A stretch of DNA of 59,655 nucleotides, filler included, from Sphacelaria rigidula (lineage: Eukaryota), in NCBI GenBank assembly GCA_964200075.2. It is 9 parts of 9 records of this genome, joined end to end, with 100 filler letters (N's around TTAATTAATTAA, not from the genome) between each part and the next. Parts side by side here need not be neighbours in the genome. Positions count along the whole stretch, not along the records: positions 6,641 to 13,180 come from CAXNAA020019462.1; positions 13,281 to 19,820 come from CAXNAA020019463.1; positions 19,921 to 26,460 come from CAXNAA020019464.1; 6 more parts are not named here. The stretch is one strand, 5' to 3'. Of this stretch, positions 12,154-24,717 are shown piece by piece. A program made the translations under genes and the position numbers. The notes beneath the pieces are model-generated. The model worked only from the letters and a program-made list of their open reading frames with translations. It was not told where the DNA came from and searched no databases. Every line of letters starts with the position of its first letter. The stretch's first letter is position 1.

Positions 12154-14069
12154 AAGTACGACAAGTTACCCACCTTACCCCGTGCCGGTGCCCATCCCTC
12201 AGGCATACGCTGGATTGCTGGGTGTACTGAAACCAGAAGAAATTTACGTGAGATCTACGGACTACACAAGAACGCTTCAGGTAAGCAAGTAAGGTGCGGT
12301 AATGTTGCGCACACGGCGATGTTGGGGATGCAAATCAGACGCCACGATTGGACTGGCACGATATTCGATATTAGCAGATTGTTTGATGAATCGATGATAT
12401 ATATCAAGTGTGATCTCGTGAAGATATTTTGTGCACTTTGACCTTTTCATCGCCAGAATGCTGATACTTGTAGCAAAATGTTCGTCTTACGTTCTAGTAA
12501 CCCTTTTGGAACCCTCCCCCCCTGTCCCCTGGCCAAACGCCTTATTATGAGAAGCACTGACGAAGAGGAAAACATGGAAACAAAATAGGCCGACGGCAAC
12601 CATTTTTATAATGGAAGCACGGAGAAGAATATCCTCCTTGGAGAATTTGGGTAAGGTTTGTCCAATTGTACGACGCAATGGATGAGGTGTGTCCAATTAT
12701 ATCCATCGACAATAATCAGCAAAACCACTATAAAACATCCCATTAAAAAAATAGCAATGGGCTCCAGGGTCCAACCTGGCACGTTTGTATATCAGCATTT
12801 GTACATAAGGGAAGCACCGCTTTGACGGGCTGCAGCATCGGGTGGCGAAATTGCCAAGCCACACCGTACATACAGCACAGTATGGCTGAACCCAGCGAAA
12901 TCCTGTCACCACATGTGGAAGGCACAGTGGGTTGTGCGGGCGGTACATGACGGGTGTAATCGCAGGCGTCCGAACAGGCGATATACATGTACACGGGAGG
13001 GAGCCGACGGACACCGCCTACCGTAATCATGCCCGATGAAAAACAGTATAGTAAGTAAATACAGTAGGTTACAGTATTGACTTGCGGCTACACTCCGTGC
13101 AAGATAAATATGGGCATGTCGTGAAAAGTCGGCCACGAGAGTAGACGGCACGAGACGATAGCGGTAGCCGGCGTCATGAANNNNNNNNNNNNNNNNNNNN
13201 NNNNNNNNNNNNNNNNNNNNNNNNTTAATTAATTAANNNNNNNNNNNNNNNNNNNNNNNNNNNNNNNNNNNNNNNNNNNNGTAATCAAGAAAATGACTGA
13301 CTACTTACGTAATTTATTTCAATGCATTATACTTACTTCAATGCAGAGGTTACCCTGTGGGCTCGGAGCCGATTTCTTCAGACCCGCACCTATATATATA
13401 TATATTTTTTTTTTATATATATATATATATATATATGGGATGTTCCCACTGTCCAATGCGAACATCGAAGATCACATGAGTAATTATTCAGACAGCCGCA
13501 TAATTCTATGATTCTATTCTACATCAATGTAGAAATCAGCTCGTGATACCAACCAAACGCATTTCAGGCGACACGTAGTAGAAAAATCTCAGAATGCCTC
13601 ACAAATTCCAAAATCTCGGAAGTGTTCTTTAGAAAAGTCATGTTCTCACGTGACGCGCGCTCTGATCCCTGCCCTTCGACATCAAGCCGCACAGTGCCAC
13701 CAGTCTGTGACCAAGCGATCACATCCTCTCAAGACCAGCACCTAAATCTTCAGGCCAAGAGCTAACCGTCATAAAATCATGATATCAGGAGCAAACTCTG
13801 CACTGAAAGCACTGGCCGTCGGGGCTGCTGTAACCACTCCGTCTACAGCTACCGCTGGTTTGACCGCCATGGGCTTGCTACAAACAGACAGGGGTGCTTC
13901 GGTTCCACCAGGTATATTAAATGACGTATTTATGTAGAGGGTTTAAAGTGGGATTGTGTTGCAGCAAGTGTCCTGGTGGCCCTGTAAATATCTGGCCTCC
14001 TTTGTTGGCTTCCGGTGTAGCGATAGTCTAAGCACTTCGCATGCTGCTGCTGCATTCCTTTGGATCAGT

Positions 14070-16600
14070 CATGACGCGGTCCAACGTCCCCCATCGTATG
14101 CATGCAGTGCTTTCTCATCACGGCACTGAAGTGTGCAGAATATTATAGTCCTGCATAAATCAGAATTGTACCTCTGGGGCAGGGGTTGCCTCGGGCCGTT
14201 AGCTTTCTCGGGTACCGCGTCCTCGTCACTTGGAAGCTCTTCTGCGCCGCATGACACTCGGGTTCCCCTCGCTTCCCTCGAAGGCGAAATCGATTCTTTT
14301 CTTGAAAGGAGGCGGGAGCACAGCTTATCTTGGCATGTGTACAAATGACCCAGCGTTGCTGAATTCTAAATTCTTTTTGGGAGCACGTGCCGAACCATTT
14401 TGTTCCTTGCCTTTCCCGCAGGGTCTCGTGGTGCGAGTCTCGTGGTGGATTCACATGCATGATATTCGTTCTGTTGTCGGGTGCAATCGTGATGGGTGAA
14501 GGCATTACATGCCGTGAATCTATCGCCCAGGCGACCCTGCTCTGTAGCTGTTCATAGCTTAATATCCACTCTCCTTGCCCATGCCCGGACATGATATGGG
14601 CGAGAACCCCAACACGGGCAGCTTCAAGTGCTGGGAAAGAGTGCACTCTTGACACATGATGGTCAGTTGTACAAGTATGAACCTCAACATTCATTTTCTG
14701 TTCAACTTTGCAACCGTTCTGTGTGTATGTATGAGACAGATGTGGCATGAGTCCAACAAAATACATTTCCCTTTTTCGTCTGCCTGCCTTTCGGCACGCG
14801 CGCCCCCCACCTCTTCACAACAGTTTCGAAGCAAAACATCTACTTGGAGGATAGGAGTATGGGGCGCCTGCGAAGCACTAAAGAACATACCATCCCGTCA
14901 TCTGTAGACAAGTGGGAAGGCTTCTACGGGGCCGAAGTGTCTGCGTATTCCTGTTGACGGGCTCCTGTCCACATCAGCGGAAGGGACCGCATTCGGTGGT
15001 GTGGGGAGATAAATAGGGCTAGTCACGAGGTCCAAAACTACTTTATTAAGGGTTGCTGGTTGTCCTTCAACATAAATGAAGCGGTTTGCGCTTGACATAT
15101 GTATGTAAACTTGGTGTGCTGACTTGAACCAGTTGCGAGCGCGGATGAAGATATGTACGAATCAGGAAAGGGGTCCAAGGTGAATTATAAGCCGGGTAAT
15201 GGGCACAGAGCCACCTGCTACTTGAGCCGTAGTTTGGTCATCTTATTTCACAGTGCCACCTGCTACTTATGCGGGCTATTTTTCCGCATCCAGAGACTGT
15301 GTGCCCAAAGTTGAGTTGAGGACGAGAGGCGGCGCAATACGAATTGGCCACCTGACGCTGTCCGCAAACGGTCGTTGAGCTGGCAGTCACGCCATCTCAT
15401 CCAAACAGTACTGGTTGTGGATAAGGCAAAAACATACAATCCGTGATGCGAAGTTGCACCCTCCCGTTGTCGGGTAATGTCACGAAATAGTTCGGATCCT
15501 CCCGTGTTCTCCAGCACGTCATGAAAATAACGACTTGTCGGGAAGAATAGCATGGCCTCTGGGGTCCTAGGTCGGGCTGGGACTGCGCAAAGTTTTTGGA
15601 GCTAGTGTGTTGATTTTTTATTCATTGGGATGTATTGATATCGCTTTTTGGTTGTACAACAGTAGTGTATGTCATGCTTCGCGGGTTTCCGGGCCATCTG
15701 GTGTTTTCCAACAGTTACACCAGACGAACGGATACGTTTGCAAGTGTCTTGAGGCGGCGAACCAGTGAAAACCGTGTTCTGCCATATTTCAGTGACTTGT
15801 CGTATGTAAATACAAGACTGTAGAGTTGGATGCGATGTAGACGCCGATATGCTAGCGCTTTAGGTAAGTACTTGTAGAAGTAGGTGGGTCGATAAGACCC
15901 GGGTGTTGTGCTGTTCGACGAATTTGACCATTTGTAAAAGGATTTCTGCTCAACGACGAACGTTTTTGCGGATTTCTAGCAGACTCTGAGCGTGTTTCGA
16001 CATCATGGTCGAGGTAGTGAAATCTGTCCTCAGGATGGCGACACGTCGAGTCCGCGTATTGGGTGTCGAGACGCTTGGGATTATAAGAGCTGGAAAATGA
16101 AGTGAAGTGCAAGCATGGAAACTATTAACGATGATGATTATGTGACGTGTGGAATATGATACTTTCCTGTCCGCGAGAAACCCTTTTCACGATTCCGGGA
16201 TGACTCGCTGGTGCGACATTGTTCTGCATCGAGTACGGAGACACACCTGGGTACGACTATGCTGGTGCCAAAGTTGTGCTGTCGCTGGAGGGTCCGTTTT
16301 TTCATATCCTGGACAAGTGAATACAGTCTAGAAGTGTACTGCGCACAGAATCGACTAGTGCGCCTTGTGTAATAATTAGACAGTAGATTCCATACTTCCA
16401 TACTGTACGCGGTACATTTTCTGACACTGGAATCTACCGTCCAGGGTGTGTCTTTTTGGGGAGGGGAGGGGACTGGATGCTCCGCCAACGCTGTCATGGT
16501 TTTTGTCAACATCGCATTCATGCTGTCGTGTCTAAGACCAAAATTCGCACAGGCGTCCAATCGAGAACTTCTCCCCCTCGTGTCACGAAAAATAATTCAA
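14070..16600 (-). pseudogene. Degenerate multi-frame coding remnant of unknown origin (possibly transposon- or virus-derived)
   Basis: A chain of protein-like minus-strand reading-frame pieces (16138-16560, ~15890-16138, 15263-15553, 14898-15160, 14691-14888, 14143-14766) separated by stops and frameshifts, with no evident intron structure. No family could be firmly recognised. Confidence 0.3.
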
Positions 16601-19600
16601 CCCATCACGCATCTCCTGATCATTTTCCTCCAAATTTTCAATTTTCTTGGACGAGGATAATGATTCTACCGTGTGTGAGTCAAAGCAGACACACGGCCTG
16701 TGGACCGTAACCCCCACTCGAGGCACATCTAGAACCCTTGGGCGAGGGAAGTGCGGAGCGCTCTTTACGCGGAGTACGTCTGTGGACTTCAAATCCGCTC
16801 CTGTGGCACCGACTTGAAAAAATGGAATTCTGGGAACACTAGCAGCACACTGAACCGTCAAGCCACCGTAGATCCGATTCCTGTCACTCACACTCGAACC
16901 AAGTAAGATCAATAAGTGGACGATGAGTACATGGTAGCTCGACTCCGGTTACGTATACTGTAAGAGAAGAGTCTCATAATGTGCCATCTTGAATTTGGAC
17001 GGCGAAACAGGAATTGTCACGTGATGAGTCAACTGGGGAATACACAAGACATTCCGATAGACCATGTGTTCAAGTCATGTGCTGTACACGTGCGCTGACA
17101 CCTAAAGCGTGAAACGGACGTGCCTGAAACGCCACAAGATGGTGCGTTGGATACTACCACCTCTGGGCGGATTTATAAACAAGGCTCGGACCAAAAGCGG
17201 TCCACCTATGGTATGTGAAGTTTTTTTGTTGTAGTTTTTGGACCGCCGCTGCGGAACGCACAGAACTGTTGTCCTTTAGAGGTCGTACCGAAAAAGTTCA
17301 TCACACCCCAGCAGAAGTTGCTCAAATCACCACCCCAACTTTGGACCACCGCCCAAGACCCTTCCCATCTGCTGGTGAGACATGTCTGCTGCTCAGAACG
17401 CCTCTCAGGGGGAAAAACGCAAGAATTTGGATGATCCAGAGAGAGGAGTCATTCGGTACCCATCGACGCTGCGCGGTGCCCCAAACCGAGGATGATACTG
17501 AAATACCTCCCCCTTTTTTTGGAGAGGGGGGACTCTTCATTCGTTTGCATCAAATGTCGTGCCCCATTCATACGGGGTATTCCGGGCTGTGAAACCTATG
17601 ACGAGGCTTGTTGATTTGTCGCTAGGTACAAAAAAGCTGGATCTCCACCGAAATGACTGACCAGGGGATTTTTACGCACAATCCCCCCCCCCAATCTCAT
17701 CGTTTTTTTTTTTTTCTATTTGGTTCTTTTTCTTTTTTTAATGTTGTTTGATTTTTCACAGTGCCCAGACGACCCGTTTTGGGCCATACCATACCAACCT
17801 TGCTTATATTCCGTTTTTCCGAACCTTGCTTGTAAATCCGCCCAGAGGGATATTTACATAGTGGACCAACATCTTTTTCTTCCGAAACGTCGCATACGGC
17901 ACCGACGAAAGTCCGGTGGTGAACATGAATTCTGATCCGATAGGTCGTTAATACAACCCATCCTGGGTAAACAGATTGTTTTTTCTTGGTCGAAATATTA
18001 TGCACGAAGACACGCCCTACCCGCCTTTGAAACGGATGGCAAGAGTGAACATGTAGGATGAACATTTTTGAACCGGTTGAGGAACATGGACTCGTATCAA
18101 ATTCATGTGGTGATTCGTCTCTTTCCGAGACCAAAAAACAAGCGGCAAGAGGAACTAGGAGCATCCAAAGCCGCATATTTGACCCCCGGGCGGATCGATG
18201 GTTGCGGCGACTTATCACCATGCACCTTTCGGACGCTTGTTCCTATCCCCGCTTATTCTCTGTCGGTAAGACACGGCCTAAATGACGACCTATCCTCACT
18301 CATGATATCAGAATTTTGTGTTCCACCGGCTCTCACCGGACTTTCCGATCGACAGGCAGTTTGTGCAAGACACGCCTCAGCCACCTTTGAACCGATCGAG
18401 GAACATGCACGGGTCAAAAATACGTGTACAAGGAAGGGTGTGTTGGGTGGGGTGAAAAACCCGGGTATTTGTAATTTACGGTCCCGAATTTTGTGTTTCG
18501 ATAATCCAATCTTCAAACCCTACTCAAACATTGAGTAAACTCGAATACGGTCCGACTGGTGGGCAGGCCTCGCCGGAGACGCAGCGGGTAGCGAGAAAAA
18601 TACGCGTTATGGCTCCATCTTTTTGCCAGATCGAGCTCATGGTTGACTGCCGGAGAGCAGCTTTTGCACGCACGAAAAAAATGTGTTTTTTTCAACAAAA
18701 AAGGCGGTAACGACTTTGTTGTTGTTCTTCACAATGAAGAACCGTTCCGATATCTGCGCAGTACTCTGTACTGGGGCATTTGAAGCGGACGCCTTCCGTG
18801 ATCACAGGCTAACTACCCCCAAGCTAGGATAAAAAAATCATGAAATAAATCGGAACCTGAAATAATTCACACAGCTGCGATACGAAATAGATGAAAAACC
18901 AATATAATGAAAAATAAAATAAAATAAAAAAAGAGGAAGGACGAAGGACTACTGCTAGCCCTCCAAGTTCCGATGTCGTATGCGACCATCGGTCCACTCA
19001 ACACGCGAGGCCAAACACGAAGGGAGCCAAGCTCGAGAGCCACGGTCACCAGCCAAAGCGACACGAGTCGCAGGATACTGACCTTTTACTCGTACCTCTA
19101 GAGGGATCGCTATCTATGCGTACGAATATACCAGACATAACAGGAAGAGCACCACATAACAACACACACACACGTAACTCTCTACCCAATATCTGGGTAT
19201 TGTTTAGTGTCATCTCAATACTAATACTACTCGACCAAAATTTTGGATACTTCGAGTACGATTTTCCAAATACCCAGAGATGTTGGAAACACCCCACACA
19301 ACACCCTCGCACATGTAACGCGGGTCATTGGAGGAGCCTTTTGAAGAGGCTAGGAAAACAACTGGATCGTAGATGCATCGGCCGAGAATTGAACCCTGGC
19401 AGATTTAGTGGTTCCAGTATAACCACCGAGGCGCGGCGGCGCGTGTGTGTGTTTTCTCGAGGAGAATAATGCTTTTTGGGAGCGACCCTGACCACGACAG
19501 ACCCTGGTCGATTCTTCGTATCCACTCAACGCGGCCGCTTCTTTTGGTTATAAATTTCTACTGCCATCAAAATGCATGTTTTTTTTCGGCCTTGTACGGC

Positions 19601-21859
19601 TTTTCTGCGCTGTGCGGGTTGTATGGCCCAAAAAGTGCCCGTACATCTTCCGACAGGGTGGCGAAAGCCATTTGTTCCGAGGTGGTGGAATCCCCCTAGC
19701 CATCTTCCACGGGATTTTACAAATTGAGGGCGCATTCTTTGTTGAGGATGAGCCCAGGAAACCTTACAGTATAGTAAGTTGTTGTTGTTGTCTTCACATC
19801 AAAGACCGTTCCGATATCTGNNNNNNNNNNNNNNNNNNNNNNNNNNNNNNNNNNNNNNNNNNNNTTAATTAATTAANNNNNNNNNNNNNNNNNNNNNNNN
19901 NNNNNNNNNNNNNNNNNNNNGGTATCGCCACTTCCCGAGACAGCCACAGCTTATACACTGCCTCATGGGTGTCTCACAAAGAAGAAGGGGGGAAAGAAAA
20001 CTAAAACATGAAGGAAAACTAGGAAGAACATACTACGTTCATAGTACCATAAAAACAACTCATGAAACATGAAAACAGTTAAAAATATAGAAAAAATAAA
20101 AAAGGACTGACACGAGAAAGAGGATCAGGTCCCTACGAAATCAAGAGAAACCAAAACGGTTGATGGAAAAAGAACAAATGGAATCTAGACTAGAAAACTG
20201 AACGAAAGAAAAAAAATGAGGGTCTAAGGAGGAAGTTCTGGTTCTGATCCGAAAAAAATGAGGCAAACAAATCGAGAAGGTGGTACCCCCCCCAAAAAAT
20301 CATGATCAAACGTTATAAGGTGAGAAAATAAAGCCGGGAACGATACAAGGTAAATAACCGAGCTCATGATCAACGGGAAAACACGAGTGAAAACAGACCC
20401 GAAAAGAGTAGCAAAAAAAGTAAATACTGAACAGCTGTTCCAATGAAAAGAAATTAATAGTACTGAACTACTGCTCATTGCTATAAAAAAGTACAAATAC
20501 AAATACAAAGCGTTGCTCGCTCCTGTAATGCACCACAAAACGGTCTCCTGCTCTTTCCTTCGTAAAATGTTAATGCTTTTCTCTGCTTCGTTCGCTCAAT
20601 GCCATCGGCTCGCTCGTCTGGGCCACTTGCTGGAGCTCGTCACTCGAAGACTCCACGCAGTCTTCGACGTCTCATCACTCTTCCGAAGCGTTCACCGTCG
20701 TCGAACACTTGTCTCCTTTGCTGAGCTCCGTCAAAATCCTCTCGAAATGCAAAACCTATGGGGAACAAGTTCAGAACATCACTGCGCGACAGAGGGACAT
20801 GGCGTGCTCGGGCGGGATGGCGTACTTGATGCCTTGGCTGGGTGGTGCAGATGCCAAAGGGCGTAGAACCCGTTCACTCGTGGAAGCGTGAGGCTTTCCA
20901 GGAATCCACTTCCTGGTAGCCACTCCGACATTGCTCCATCCTGGGCCTTTGCTCGCTATTTCCAACCTGTTTTTTTCTGGATTTAGACTGGCGACGGTGT
21001 TGCAGGGTGAGGAGGTGGGGTGTGGGGTACTAAAGGTTGGCGTCGCCTCGAAATCTGGTGTTCAAGCAAACTAGGGGGACCCGTCAGCAATTGAATATCT
21101 CAGGTGGGGGAAGTAACGGTATGCGGTTTGACCTGTGGGGGACTATCTTGCCCATATGTATTTTGTGTCCTTTCATCACCACCTCCAGAACGCGTGCCGT
21201 CATCTATCCTTGCCAACTTTCCATATACCGTGTACTAGTACTGCAGTTTCCTGCCGTTGCCATCCCGACATTGAGATCTCACCTTCCGGATGCATCAGCA
21301 GTCTTACCTCGCATTGATGCTATTCGCGCTGTTATACGAAATGGTCCAGTTGTATACTCGGTTCGCTTCTTGTGATATAAGTGAAAGTCAGCTCAAACAT
21401 ATGCGTGGTTTTGCGTTGACACGGCAACTTCGGGAGGGGAGCAGCGTGTCAAGCAATGTGCGCTTGGTTCAAGGAGCCAATGAGACGTGTTCGCCACACA
21501 TGACTTGCAAAGCTCTGACAACATATCCAGTAGCCATCCTCCAGATCTTCCGACTGCGTCCTTACCGCGTGGGAGGTCTGACGCTTCGGAAAGCGACGCC
21601 TTCTTCCAGTCACCTGCCCAAATGGGTGACTACCTCCATGCAAAACACTTCGCCTCTGTTCAGCGAATCTTTTGAGGGGCACCGGAAGTTATGCACATTC
21701 TGCAGGGGCACTGACTACCCCGTTGACTTCTTTTGATGGCTGTGGAAAATCAATTGGGGATCGAGAAGCGAGGTCAAGTGCCTGCAGATGTATGTGTATG
21801 TGTGTGCAACATTACCTCAATTGTTGGCAAGCTGATCACCTCGTCCCATGGGTCTATCG

Positions 21860-24110
21860 CTGATGGCCGTTTGGCGACCGCTTGATCTCTTGGGCCTCCT
21901 GCAACGGCATGACAGCACATCTTGCCTGATATCTTTCGTACTTGTTGACTAAAGGGTGGCGCCTACTGCTAAATTTTCGAGTGCTAATCATTATTTTTGG
22001 AACCGCCGGCAGCTCCTCAACATCGACTCCCAGGTATCGCTTTAATTTCGTACTCAGATTGCCTCTCACCTACCCTTTCGGCCGTCGTTTTCCCCTCAGG
22101 TCCGATAAGTTTCTGGGGATTTCAGAAACAGTAGAAGCATTGCAAAAACAGATAGACAAGGCGCAAGAATACACCAGGCAATGGAGAGTGACAGCTAACA
22201 GCGAATGAGAGTGATAGCGAATGTGAAAATATGCGCGATACTCGTCTGTAACGAGGATGAGAAAAATCTGCTGGAGTTCAGGTGGAAGTGGGGAGGAGAG
22301 GAACTGTCGATTCTAGACCACTATACATACCTTGGCGTAGAGATATCAGAACACTGTTCTTGGGATGCACAAATAAACAAGGTAAAATGAAAGGGTAAGG
22401 CACAGATAGAAAGGATGAACGTGATCCTCAGAGACCCGCATTCAGACACCAGGATTGAGAGATGTATCCCGATGAACTCGATCGTACCACAGCTGGAATA
22501 TGCAGGAGAAATATGGGAGTGGAACGTGATATTGGTGAAGAAGTTAGAAACAGTACAGATAGCAGCAGCTAAGAAGATATTTGGATGCTCGAAAACGACG
22601 AGTAATACCGTTTTGAGAGCAGAGTTGGAAATGTACTCACTCAAAACAAACAGAAGGCATGAGGAAATTCAGATGGCAATATAGCTTGAACACGCAGAGA
22701 AAGAGACTGCCAGCTGACGTTGATAAAGCTGTATGGAAGAAAAGTACGAAAGGGGATGCCATAAGGTGGGATAGAGAAGTCGAGAAAGTATGGAAGGAGA
22801 TAAGAGGGAACCAAGACGAAATACTGTCCCTAGATGCAGGCGCGGGGTACAAGACAAAAGTGAGCAACATGATAAAAATAGGGGGAAAAAATGGAGCGCT
22901 CAGACGTGAGGTAGACGAGAAGGAACACCTGGAGATAAGCGGGGGGTTGAGAGAGGGGATCGGAATATAAACATATCTGCATGGCCCCGTGTACGCGGCG
23001 AAAGAAATTGAAACTGCGGTTTCGGTTAAAGACCTGGACCTGCCGGAATGAAGAAATAGCTATACTAGTAGTCGGAAAGAGGGGGAAGTAAATGGACAGA
23101 ACTGCCTCTGTGGCAAAGCAATGGAGAGCAGAAGTCATCAAGTGGCACAATGTGAACTATGCAAGGAGGAACGAGACGTGCTAGAGGGGAAAATATGGGA
23201 CGTGAACGAAGGTGGCATGAAATCGTCTGATGTATTAGATATGTAAAACGTTTTTGCGCAATGTGTGGAAGGAACGTAATGAGTTATGGAAGAAGCGTAG
23301 TGCGCGCCGGAATGTTGAAGGTGTCTCTATTAGGAGTAGGAGCGGTGCTCCGTCTCGAAAGGGATGCGTGGTCAGTGGTCGAACGATTAAGGCAATCAAC
23401 GAGTGAGTACGCACCCCTCAGGTCCGATTGCACCTGTTTTCTGAAAGGATCTCCTTGCTGGCGATCAGATTGGATGCGTTGGTAAGGGTCTATAGAGCAT
23501 GATCATTCGTCACTGTGTCCAGTTGGAGGTCTGTCGGATGAAGTAGGCGTTTCCCCCCCTGCGGAGAGCTCTTCGCCTACCTTCGTTCCCTCGCTAACTG
23601 TGCGGATTGACCAGTACTCACACCTGTTACGGAACCTTGATCGGTGCTGTTCGGGCGGTCTCGGGTCTACCACTTGGGGAGCTACGCGACGCTACTCGAC
23701 AAAAAAGTGGCGTTGATTTGCTGCGAATGGAGTACAGTACTCTCAAACAAGGGGTATTTGTAGCTCACGGTTGATGGTGACCAGAACCTGCTTCGGGTCC
23801 GTGGAGAACAGCCCAGTGTCCAGAGAGCCCAGCAGAAGCCTACAAGCTCCCGTTTCTCCGATTCACCCACCTGTTAACCTTACGCTACAACCTTCCCGAT
23901 ATATGATCACACCATCTTCTCAGATGTCTAGCAAACCGCCATTGGCTACGATTGGTGGAGCCGCTGTCGATGCGATCTCACCCGTTATCCCGAGTTGGCT
24001 TTCGTTGCGCTTAGTGGTCGTTCCTGGAGTTTACCATCGCAGGTTTCTCAAGACAGATGTACCTGGGGTATACTTTCGTGCATCAGGCAATGGCTCTAGC
24101 ACAATATTTG
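21860..24110 (-). mobile_element. Highly decayed Ty1/copia-like pol remnant that hosts the LINE insertion
   Basis: ORF 21854-22069 VEELPAVPKIMISTRKFSSRRHPLVNKYERYQARCAVMPLQE resembles the copia RT N-terminus (LP..K.I..RW.F..K....ERYKARLV..G..Q). Weak integrase-like text lies upstream at ~23900-24030, giving copia INT-RT order. Confidence 0.45.
22107..23413 (+). mobile_element. 5'-truncated LINE (RT C-terminal half plus 3' UTR) with a perfect 15-bp TSD
   Basis: RT palm/thumb motifs LQKQID...W, YTYLGV, PQLEYAGEIW, LETVQ...KKIFG and LRAEL across ORFs 22205-22970. CCCCTCAGGTCCGAT is duplicated at 22092-22106 and 23414-23428. No poly(A) tail. Confidence 0.92.
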
Positions 24111-24673
24111 CCAAAAAAACACCATGGAGGGGCGGAGCTGTACGCTTGCAACATGAAAATAGCAAAAACAAATAGCGAAGATGGCTGTAGGGTAACATTG
24201 CCACGGGGTGTAGAGAGAATATAACTGAAAATGCAGAGAGAGAGGAGCAAAAAGGCAGAAAATCAAGGGGTACCATACGGCAGACAGGGGCGCAAAAGGA
24301 AAAAAAAAATCATTTGAGTCGGTGAAAGGAGAGAATGACGCAAATAGTGCATCGTGGGCTACGACTGCTAAATGCAGACGATGAGGGAAAGGGGTCAATA
24401 GTATAAAACAGTGTGATAACGAAAGAGAAAAAATCCAACAGCAAGAAAATACCAGCGGGAGAGGAAATAACCATGGTATGGTGCGATACCAACGACCATG
24501 GTATGACTCGCGGCATTGCGCAGGCACGTTCGGGGCGACAGGAACGAGGAACGAGCAAAATCGAACAGCGCGGAAGGGGCGGACGGGGGGGCGTAGTATT
24601 AGTGCGTGCTCTTCTGATGTTCGTGTGCAATTCCGAAACCTGAAAAACAAATCAAGACGTGAGTGGTGGATAA

Positions 24674-24717
24674 AAATAGAATAGAATAGAATAGAATAGA
24701 ATAGAATAGAATAGAAT
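24674..24717. repeat. (AATAG)n microsatellite
   Basis: About 8 perfect AATAG units. Confidence 0.9.

Noticed and set aside
21120..21760. Possible CRE-like RT remnant on the minus strand (PRGKDAVGRSGGWLLDML...)
   Set aside because: Only vague motif echoes across several frames; too weak to call without a search.
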